Below are positions 18,051 through 25,380 of a stretch of DNA of 64,000 nucleotides, piece after piece. How positions within the stretch are numbered: the stretch's first letter is position 1; each line of letters begins with the position of its first letter. Source of the DNA: Dehalococcoidia bacterium (lineage in GTDB: Bacteria; Chloroflexota; Dehalococcoidia; Lucifugimonadales; JADFKI01); NCBI GenBank assembly GCA_963665605.1, contig OY762409.1, forward strand, positions 3,851,061 to 3,915,060, given 5' to 3'. Made by a program: the position numbers and the translations under genes. The notes below the pieces were generated by a model. It had not been told where the DNA came from, ran no database searches, and saw nothing but the letters and a program-made list of their open reading frames with translations.

Positions 18051-19280
18051 TCATTGGTGTTCGGCAATTAGCTCCTCTGCGTAACGAAGCAGCACTTTGG
18101 CCCGGTCGTCGGGCACGTTTCTGGTGTTGAAATACATCTGAAGCGCCTCGTTGGGCGTCAATCCTCGTGTGTCCGCGTCCTTGACGCGCGTTCTGCCCCT
18201 GTCAGATACATCCTTAGAAATCGATGCGATGAAATACGCCGGTCGAAGCGAATCTCGAATTCTGCTTTCCACAAGCATCGGCTCCAGCTCGGCGGGCAGC
18301 GTAAGGCGCAGCCTAACAATTGCTTCCGCCAGGTCTTCATCCTCAATCGCCCTGATAACGGTTGAAGTTGGGTCTTCGTCTCCGGCTGCAAGAATCACAT
18401 CGATTGTCAGGAATCTGCGCGCGCTATTCTTCACGAACTCAAAGTCGGTGAGGCGTGAACCCTGCGGCCGGGCTGAGTCAATCTCGAAGATGCAGAAACC
18501 CTTTTCGTCCCTTTCCTCGCCAAAGTCAACACGTTGCAGGCTGCCCGCGTACACGACATGCGGGTTCTGACTCAGCAACTGGTGACGGTGGATGTGTCCC
18601 AGCGCAACATAGTCGAACTGGGGTAGGGAGATACTGCTGTTCATCAGCACATGGTCATGCCCAAGCATCATTGATTGCTCTGATGCCAAGGTGGACTGGC
18701 TGACGGTCACATGCCCTGCCAGTACTGCTGGGATATTCTCGTCCAGGCCTTCAACCTGCACCTTGATGGAGTTGTCAATCATCGTCTGGATGGATTCGTT
18801 TATCTGCTGGTGCGTCATGCCGCGCGCGGCGTCGCTTGCCAGGAAGTCGCTGCGCTTAATCCATGGCAGGGCGACAATTTGCAGCGGTCCACTCCGGGTA
18901 TTGATGATGTAAGTCCGCAGCCTGTCTCCAATGTACACATTTGCAACATTCAGCGTGGGAAAAATTTCAAGCGCGGTCGCCTGTGCGAAAACCTGCGGAG
19001 TATCGTGGTTACCGACTAGGAGAAATGTTGGAATGCCCGCGTCAGACAGCCTTGCGATGCGCTTGGCGAACTCGCGCTGGTGCGTCTGTGACGGGTCGCG
19101 GCTCTTGTATGCGTCGCCGCAGAAGAGCACAAGGTCCACTCTCGTGTCTATTGCGTAGTCCACGAGTTCGTCATAGGTCTGGAGAAAGTCGCCGAGACGT
19201 GAGGACAGCCCAGTGTTAGGGTTTATCCTGCCGTAGTTCTCCACGCCTATGTGGAGGTCCGCAAAGTGAAGGATACGCAT
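18051..19280 (-). CDS. sbcD: SbcD/Mre11-family DNA repair exonuclease
   Basis: Calcineurin-like phosphoesterase motifs (MRILHFADLHIG, GDAY, GNHD, GH.H). Start placed at the ATG at 19280, 5 nt after the glyQS stop. The listed longer ORF overlaps glyQS. Confidence 0.8.
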   Translation of the reverse strand: MRILHFADLHIGVENYGRINPNTGLSSRLGDFLQTYDELVDYAIDTRVDLVLFCGDAYKSRDPSQTHQREFAKRIARLSDAGIPTFLLVGNHDTPQVFAQATALEIFPTLNVANVYIGDRLRTYIINTRSGPLQIVALPWIKRSDFLASDAARGMTHQQINESIQTMIDNSIKVQVEGLDENIPAVLAGHVTVSQSTLASEQSMMLGHDHVLMNSSISLPQFDYVALGHIHRHQLLSQNPHVVYAGSLQRVDFGEERDEKGFCIFEIDSARPQGSRLTDFEFVKNSARRFLTIDVILAAGDEDPTSTVIRAIEDEDLAEAIVRLRLTLPAELEPMLVESRIRDSLRPAYFIASISKDVSDRGRTRVKDADTRGLTPNEALQMYFNTRNVPDDRAKVLLRYAEELIAEHQ

Positions 19281-19285
19281 GCGGC

Positions 19286-20629
19286 TTATCCACTCAGTCG
19301 AGCGCCCAATTCCGAGTCCAGATTTGCGATTGGGATGCGGGCCTGCTCCATGGTATCCCTGTCGCGTATGGTTACCGCGTTGTCGTCGAGGGAGTCGAAA
19401 TCGACAGTAATGCATAGGGGTGTGCCGATCTCGTCCTGGCGGCGGTAGCGCCTGCCGATGCTCTGCGCGTCGTCATACTGAACGAAGCCTTCGACAGCAC
19501 CGCTCCGCCTCACCGTGTCGTACACCTCGCGAGCGAGTGGCACCAGCCTCTCGTTCCGACTCAGAGGAAGTATCGCCACTTTGACAGGTGCGATGGCCGG
19601 GTGAAGCTTAATTACTACGCGCTTCTGAGTGCCGCCGCTCGCAGTAGGCGCTTCTTCTTCGGTGTAGGCGTCCACGAGGAATGTCATTACCGCCCGATCC
19701 ACACCTGCGGCCGGCTCGACGACATACGGCGTAAATCGCTTGTTCTCTGCCTGATCGAAGTACGTAAGCGCGTGGCCGCTTCGCTCGGAATGCGCCTTCA
19801 GGTCAAAGTCGGTGCGGTTCGCTATGCCCTGAATCTCGCCCCAGCCCCAGGGGAACAGGTACTCGATGTCAAAGGTTCCCTTGGAGTAGTGGGAAAGCTC
19901 TTCGGCTTCGTGCGCGCGCACTCGAAGTCTGTCTCTGTTCACGCCCAGATCCGTATACCAGGCAAGGCAGTCCTGAATCCACTGTTCATGCACCTGCTCG
20001 TCAGTTCCTGGTTCCACGAAGTACTCGATCTCCATCATCTCGAACTCGCGGGTGCGAAAGATGAAGCCACCCGTCGTAATCTCGTTGCGAAACGCCTTGC
20101 CGATTTGCGCGATGCCGAAGGGCAGTCGCTTCCGGGACGAGTTGAGCACATTCTCGAAGTTCACAAATATGCCCTGCGCCGTCTCCGGACGCAGGAAGGC
20201 GATTGATGTGTCATCTTCGACCGGCCCGATGAAGGTCTTGAACATCAGGTTGAAGTTGCGCGCTTCGGTGAGTTCGCCTCCACAGTCAGGACACTTGCGC
20301 TCTGTAAGCTGGTCTTCTCGCCATCGCTGTCGGCACTCACGGCAGTCCACCAGGGGATCGGTGAAGCTATCGACATGTCCGCTTGCGCGCCACACTTCAG
20401 GGTTCATCAGGATGGACGAGTCCAGCCCAACCATGTCGTCGCGCTCCCAGACGAACGACCGCCACCAGGCGTCCTTGATGTTGCGCTTGAGCTCGACGCC
20501 CAAGGGACCGTAGTCCCAGGTACTGGAGATGCCGCCGTATATCTCGCTGCTCTGGAAGATGAAGCCGCGCCTCTTAGCGAGCGAAGCCAGGGCGTCCAAA
20601 TCTACTGATGAAGTGTTGTTTTCTGACAC
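19286..20629 (-). CDS. glyQS: Glycine--tRNA ligase (dimeric class II type)
   Basis: RRGFIFQSSEIYGG....WDYGPLG.ELK.NI...WW and class II core motifs. Start set at the GTG at 20629 (VSENNTSS...), giving 447 aa. The listed 511-aa ORF runs through the tRNA-Cys gene. Confidence 0.9.
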   Translation of the reverse strand: MSENNTSSVDLDALASLAKRRGFIFQSSEIYGGISSTWDYGPLGVELKRNIKDAWWRSFVWERDDMVGLDSSILMNPEVWRASGHVDSFTDPLVDCRECRQRWREDQLTERKCPDCGGELTEARNFNLMFKTFIGPVEDDTSIAFLRPETAQGIFVNFENVLNSSRKRLPFGIAQIGKAFRNEITTGGFIFRTREFEMMEIEYFVEPGTDEQVHEQWIQDCLAWYTDLGVNRDRLRVRAHEAEELSHYSKGTFDIEYLFPWGWGEIQGIANRTDFDLKAHSERSGHALTYFDQAENKRFTPYVVEPAAGVDRAVMTFLVDAYTEEEAPTASGGTQKRVVIKLHPAIAPVKVAILPLSRNERLVPLAREVYDTVRRSGAVEGFVQYDDAQSIGRRYRRQDEIGTPLCITVDFDSLDDNAVTIRDRDTMEQARIPIANLDSELGARLSG

Positions 20630-20711
20630 GATGCTTAAAACCCTTGCTCTTGATACTGAGATGGCAGTTGACCTGTGATGATTATAACAAAGTAAGAGTT
20701 CATTAGCCGAG

Positions 20712-20748
20712 ACAAAAGTTAAGCCCGCGACGGTCGTCACGGGCTTAT
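20712..20748 (-). terminator. Putative intrinsic terminator after the tRNA pair
   Basis: On the minus strand, the hairpin AAGCCCG...CGGGCTT is followed by AACTTTTGT, immediately 3' of tRNA-Cys. Confidence 0.5.
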
Positions 20749-20760
20749 CATGGTGTGCTT

Positions 20761-20835
20761 TGGAGGCGACGGGCGGATTCGAACCGCCGATAGGGGTTTT
20801 GCAGACCCCCGCCTTAACCACTTGGCTACGTCGCC
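20761..20835 (-). tRNA. tRNA-Cys (anticodon GCA), CCA encoded
   Basis: Reverse complement is GGCGACGTAGCCAAGTGGTTAAGGCGGGGGTCTGCAAAACCCCTATCGGCGGTTCGAATCCGCCCGTCGCCTCCA. It folds as a cloverleaf with anticodon loop CTGCAAA and discriminator U. Confidence 0.9.
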
Positions 20836-20842
20836 TGATACT

Positions 20843-20929
20843 TGGTGCCGAGGAGGAGATTCGAACTCCTACAGCCTTGCGGCCACAGCGCCCTCAACGC
20901 TGCGTGTCTACCAATTCCACCACCTCGGC
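20843..20929 (-). tRNA. tRNA-Leu (anticodon GAG), long variable arm, CCA encoded
   Basis: Reverse complement is GCCGAGGTGGTGGAATTGGTAGACACGCAGCGTTGAGGGCGCTGTGGCCGCAAGGCTGTAGGAGTTCGAATCTCCTCCTCGGCACCA. The anticodon loop is TTGAGGG. Confidence 0.9.
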
Positions 20930-21179
20930 TGGCTGGGAAATCGAGAGCGCCGAATCTGATCGCTTCACAGGCTGTCGGCTTTCCACGTCCTGCAATTATA
21001 TCCAAGTATCCTTTTTCTGTCCACATTTGCATGACTTGCCGTCGATAGGCCGAACGATATTCCCGAGGGCGCGTATTCGACGAAGTGCCGCCCGTCTCGT
21101 TGTGTCAATGCGTGTAAGCCGATAAAATGCGCTTAGATCAATAACTCTTAATAATCTCACGGCTCATGCGAGGTTTCAG

Positions 21180-21893
21180 ATGCCGCAAATATCAGACGAG
21201 ATGCTGGAAATTCTAGGCGCCATTCCCACGCAGACGCTCATAGACGCTCAATGGGTGAAGGGATGGCCTATGAGTTACATCGAAGGAGCGGTGCCGTTGC
21301 AACAGGGGCAGCACATGGCGGGCAGGGCGGTTACGCTGCGATTTGTGCCGCATCGTCCGGACTTGGTAGAGGACAAGCCGAAGGGTGCCGATTCTGCGGA
21401 GTATGTGGCAATCGAATTGTGCGGGCCGGGCGAGGTGCTGGTCATAGACGCGATGGGTTGGAAGTACAGTTCCGTTGGTGGCGACATCAAGTTCCTGCGG
21501 ATGATGCAGCTCGGAGCGGGTGGTCTTGTTACGGACGGCGGCGTGAGGGATAGCGTCTCACTGAAAGAGTATGGTTTCCCGGTGTATTCGGCAAGTCTCA
21601 CAGCGAAGCAGGGACCTGCCGAGTTCTGGCCGTGGCAGGTCAATGATGCGATTCAGTGCGGTGGCGTCCTTGTGCGTCCCGGTGATGCACTTGTCGGCGA
21701 CGATGATGGTGTAGTGGTCGTGCCTCTGGGCATAGTGGACGAGGTGATCGAGATTGCGCATCAGCGAGAGGAAGTCGAGGCGGTTGTGAAAGCGCAGCTT
21801 GAAATCGAACAATGCTCGCCGGGCAAGTATTACCCGTTCAACGATAACACCTGGAAGCTGTTTGAGGAGAAAACTGGGAAGAAGCAGCCGTAA
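21180..21893 (+). CDS. RraA-family protein (4-hydroxy-4-methyl-2-oxoglutarate aldolase / oxaloacetate decarboxylase-like)
   Basis: Family core G.A.T......D.......A.E...PG.VLV.D......S..GG.......LGA.GLV.DG.VRD and GD..VGDDDGVVVVP. Confidence 0.8.
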   Translation: MPQISDEMLEILGAIPTQTLIDAQWVKGWPMSYIEGAVPLQQGQHMAGRAVTLRFVPHRPDLVEDKPKGADSAEYVAIELCGPGEVLVIDAMGWKYSSVGGDIKFLRMMQLGAGGLVTDGGVRDSVSLKEYGFPVYSASLTAKQGPAEFWPWQVNDAIQCGGVLVRPGDALVGDDDGVVVVPLGIVDEVIEIAHQREEVEAVVKAQLEIEQCSPGKYYPFNDNTWKLFEEKTGKKQP

Positions 21894-22010
21894 TTTGTGC
21901 TTGGTCGTATAAGTTGTCAGGTAATTGGCTATGAATTAGACTTTAAGCGCGGCGTTTCGCCGTTGACCAGAAATGCAATCAATACACCAAATCATTGAGG
22001 AGATGAGCAG

Positions 22011-22529
22011 ATGGAAGAGCGAACCGGAGTATTCGCGGCAGGCGACAATCAATTGACGCTTCTGGGCCCGGAGATAAGCGTTGGGCAGACCGCACCTAAC
22101 TTCACCGTATCAGGTGCAGGCTTGAGCCGAGTAACGCTAGACAACTACGCAGGCAAGGTGAAGATCATCGCTTCGGTGCCGTCGCTTGATACGGGCGTGT
22201 GCAGCGACGAGACCAAGCAGTTCAGCGACTTCGCAAAGTCAATGTCGGATGACATCGTGGTTCTCACTATCAGCATGGACTTGCCCTTTGCACAGGCCCG
22301 CTGGTGCGGCGCTAACGATGTTGACAATGTCGAGACGGCGTCAGACTTCAAGTCCCGCGAATTTGGGGACAGCTATGGCGTGCATGTGAAAGAAAATGGG
22401 CTGCTCGCGCGCGCCGTCTTTGTGCTGGACAAGGACAATGTGGTGCGACATGTGGAATATGTGCCGCAGATCGCGCAGCTCCCTAACTTCGATGCCGCCC
22501 TCGCCGCGGCTAACGAGGCAGCGGGGTAG
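22011..22529 (+). CDS. tpx: Thiol peroxidase (atypical 2-Cys peroxiredoxin)
   Basis: G..AP.FTV...L..V.L..Y.GK.K.I..VPSLDTGVC..ET..F matches Tpx. The second Cys lies in the ...ARWCGA region. Confidence 0.9.
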   Translation: MEERTGVFAAGDNQLTLLGPEISVGQTAPNFTVSGAGLSRVTLDNYAGKVKIIASVPSLDTGVCSDETKQFSDFAKSMSDDIVVLTISMDLPFAQARWCGANDVDNVETASDFKSREFGDSYGVHVKENGLLARAVFVLDKDNVVRHVEYVPQIAQLPNFDAALAAANEAAG

Positions 22530-22560
22530 GTCTGACAAGAGTCTGACTGCTGGATGTGTA

Positions 22561-22599
22561 AATAGCGGCTATCCTGACTAGGTTAGCCGCTATTTCTTT
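22561..22599. terminator. Bidirectional intrinsic terminator between convergent genes
   Basis: Perfect 10-bp stem AATAGCGGCT/AGCCGCTATT (22561-22570 and 22585-22594), followed by TCTTT on the plus strand and preceded by an A-containing run (TGTAA). Confidence 0.7.
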
Positions 22600-22617
22600 A
22601 GGCCGCCGTAGCTCTTG

Positions 22618-23178
22618 CTATTCTTCGCGCTGCACTTTCAATGATAGAGCCTCGCAGGGATTGGGCCGACCGGGCGTCTCGCCTATAGGTATGATTTCCG
22701 CGTGCAGCTTGCCGGGCTTGAGTTCGAGCAAGCCTACACCGCCTAACCGCAGTTCCTTGTGTCGCGGAAATGTGATGCTTCCGGTGTTCATTATGACCGC
22801 ACCCTCACGCTCGTAGAGAACTTCCTGGTGCGTGTGCCCACCGACCATAATGTCAACCGGGGACGGGAACAAATTCCGAATCTCTGCCATTGGAAGATGT
22901 TCGCTGCCGAGATCATGCACCATTCCGATGCGCCAACCTTCGACCTCCAAGATCTGTACTTCCTCAGAGCGATGGTCGTCATATGGGTCGTTGTTGCCGT
23001 TGGCGCATACGACGGGTGCGAACTGCTCCAGCCAGTCGAGAACACGAGTGTAGATCAAGTCGCCGCCATGAAGGATAAGGTCAACCGAAGAGAAGAATTC
23101 CGTGGGTTCCGGACCAAGTTCGTCAAGGTCTCTGATCAGGTTCGGCAGGTGGGTATCGGTTAGCAGTCCAATTTTCAT
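22618..23178 (-). CDS. YfcE/MJ0936-family metallophosphoesterase
   Basis: MKIGLLTDTHL, HGGDL, NGNND, GHTH motifs in the canonical order. Confidence 0.8.
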   Translation of the reverse strand: MKIGLLTDTHLPNLIRDLDELGPEPTEFFSSVDLILHGGDLIYTRVLDWLEQFAPVVCANGNNDPYDDHRSEEVQILEVEGWRIGMVHDLGSEHLPMAEIRNLFPSPVDIMVGGHTHQEVLYEREGAVIMNTGSITFPRHKELRLGGVGLLELKPGKLHAEIIPIGETPGRPNPCEALSLKVQREE

Positions 23179-23444
23179 TGTTGAGTTTGCTTTCGCCTAG
23201 GTGATCGCTCTTGCTTTCTCGATTGCCGCGCGTCTGAAGCCGAGCAGCTTCGTTGACTGAATCGCGCCTGTGTGCTACCTTTTCGCCGTCCGTGAATTCG
23301 CGTTGAAGGCGCAACTCACGCTATCAGACGAACAACCGTCATTCAAGTATTGGTGCTGGATTATACATCCTCACCAATTCACTGCAGCGGAATTAGCTGC
23401 TAGCCAGTTTCCACAGAAAGAGCGTACGTTATTGGAGGTGCAAA

Positions 23445-24638
23445 ATGCCCCAGCGTAGAGAGGCAGCAATAGTTGGTATCCACGAATACCCGCTCAGGGT
23501 CGTCGGGCCCGGAACGAGCGCGCTCCAGATAAAGGCTGCATCTGCCATCAAAGCCCTTGAGGATGCAGGGCTGTCTGGAAAAGACATAGACGCCGTGTAT
23601 GACACCGGCACACACCAGGGCATAGGTGGACTAGGAATATCTGAATATCTCGGATTGAAGCCGAAGATTATAGACAATACCGCTGTCGGCGGCACTTCCT
23701 ACGAGTTCCAGGCGAACCACGCGGCAAAGATGATTGCGGCGGGCAAGTGTGAGGTGGCGCTGCTTACCTACGGCTCAACGGCGCACTCGGATAGACGCAA
23801 TATCGGGACCGCGGGCGGAACGACTCAGGGACCGGCGACACCCGCCGGCAATATGGAAGATTCCTGGGGACAGACGCTGATCGCAAACTACGGTATGGTC
23901 AAGCGCCGTCATATGCATCAGTACGGCACGACCGACGAGCAGTTCGCTGAAATATCGGTCGTTACTCGCCGACACGCGATGCGGAACCCTGAGGCGGTCA
24001 AGGCGATGACCGATCTGGAATTCGTGGGCGTGAATGAAATCACCGTCCAGGATGTACTGGATTCACGCGTGATAGCACAACCGCTGCATCTGCTGGAGTG
24101 CTGCATGATTTCTGACGGCGGCGGCGCGGTCATTATTGCATCACCGGAAGTCGCAGCGAATTGCGCCAAGAAGCCCGCTTGGATTATCGGCGCGGGGGAG
24201 GCTACCAAGTATCGAGAGAATGGTGGCGACATCACCGTTAGCGCGGGAGCACAGTCTGGACCAATCGCATTTGCGGACGCTGGCGTAACGCCGGACGAGA
24301 TTGACGTGCTGATGGCTTACGATTCATTCAGCATCACTGTGATGTGCATGATCGAGGACCTCGGTTTCTGCAATAAGGGTGAGGGCGGAGCTTATGTGAG
24401 CCAGCGACACCTCGGTTTTGACGATCCGCGCGGGCCCGCAATGAACACGGACGGCGGCGGACTGTCGTCGAATCACCCTGGTGAGCGGGGTATCTTCTTG
24501 CTGTTTGAGGCAACTCGTCAGTTGCGCGGGGAGTCCACGGCGCAGGTGGCCGATCCCAAGCTCGCGGTCGCAGTGGGCAACGGTGGGTCACTGGGCTCTC
24601 GCCATGCGACCGGCGTAACGATACTCGCGGCAGACTAG
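23445..24638 (+). CDS. Thiolase-family protein (SCP-x/non-specific lipid-transfer-type thiolase)
   Basis: Thiolase-like layout of about 390 aa (AAIVG........G.S...L...A...AL.DAGL...DIDAV..; C-terminal NT.GG.LS..HP.G..G). Followed by a DUF35 partner gene. Confidence 0.8.
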   Translation: MPQRREAAIVGIHEYPLRVVGPGTSALQIKAASAIKALEDAGLSGKDIDAVYDTGTHQGIGGLGISEYLGLKPKIIDNTAVGGTSYEFQANHAAKMIAAGKCEVALLTYGSTAHSDRRNIGTAGGTTQGPATPAGNMEDSWGQTLIANYGMVKRRHMHQYGTTDEQFAEISVVTRRHAMRNPEAVKAMTDLEFVGVNEITVQDVLDSRVIAQPLHLLECCMISDGGGAVIIASPEVAANCAKKPAWIIGAGEATKYRENGGDITVSAGAQSGPIAFADAGVTPDEIDVLMAYDSFSITVMCMIEDLGFCNKGEGGAYVSQRHLGFDDPRGPAMNTDGGGLSSNHPGERGIFLLFEATRQLRGESTAQVADPKLAVAVGNGGSLGSRHATGVTILAAD

Positions 24639-24696
24639 CATTGAGCGTCTTGGGGCAGATGGCTGACACTCAGGAATTGACCTAGGAGACAATGAC

Positions 24697-25113
24697 ATGG
24701 CAGGACAGCGACCACAACCCAGATTCCCCGAACCGGACACAGAGCCGTTCTGGGATGCCACTAAGCGACACGAACTTACCTACCAGATATGCAACGGCTG
24801 CGGCGATGTACTGTTTTATCCCCGCAAGTATTGCGTTCTCTGCGGGACCGACGATACGACCTGGCATACTTCTAAAGGCGAAGGCGAGGTATACACGTTC
24901 AGCGTCGTGATGCAGAGCAGGCATCCTGCATTTGCGGATCTGGGGCCTTACGCGGTAGCCTATGTTGACCTCGACGAAGGCTTCAGGATAATGACCAACA
25001 TCGTGGGTGTCCCTAACCCTGTCGATGACGTCAAGTGCGGCATGCGCGTGAAGGTTCGATGGGAAGACCAGGGAGAGGGTGAAGTTTCCCTGCCTATGTT
25101 CGAGCCCGCTTAG
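24697..25113 (+). CDS. DUF35 family OB-fold/zinc-ribbon protein (thiolase partner)
   Basis: FW.....H.L....C..CG...FYPR..C..C........S.G.G.VY.F.V and a C-terminal OB-fold segment. Confidence 0.8.
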   Translation: MAGQRPQPRFPEPDTEPFWDATKRHELTYQICNGCGDVLFYPRKYCVLCGTDDTTWHTSKGEGEVYTFSVVMQSRHPAFADLGPYAVAYVDLDEGFRIMTNIVGVPNPVDDVKCGMRVKVRWEDQGEGEVSLPMFEPA

Positions 25114-25380
25114 AGTAAAGGAACCTTTTCTCTGGAAAGCTGGTAGTCTTGGAAAGCCCTTTGGTTTAGACAGAGGGAGCAACAAGCAAAAGCGGGTCAA
25201 AACTGGCCATTGTTTTCAGCTGCCGTAGTAGCAACATAATGCGGGGATTTGCTATGATTATGTTGGCTTGCACGGCGGCTGACTGTGTCTGGCACCTTCA
25301 AGGATTAAGGTTGCGCATTTTGGTCGATGTGCTTCGCATTAGAAAACAAAACCCTAATACATAACAGGGAGCACCACAGA

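Noticed and set aside
20630-20712. T-box riboswitch leader upstream of glyQS
   Set aside because: Only about 80 nt lie between the tRNA terminator and the start codon, too short for a T-box. No specifier/T-box sequence was recognised.
19286-20821. The listed 511-aa form of the glycyl-tRNA synthetase ORF
   Set aside because: The N-terminal ~64 codons run through the tRNA-Cys gene and its terminator and have no similarity to GlyRS. A GTG at 20629 gives a normal-length protein.
20750-21125. Plus-strand ORFs of 69, 121 and 68 aa
   Set aside because: They overlap the two minus-strand tRNA genes and adjacent spacer. The frames stay open because of structured RNA sequence, and the ORFs have no coding features.
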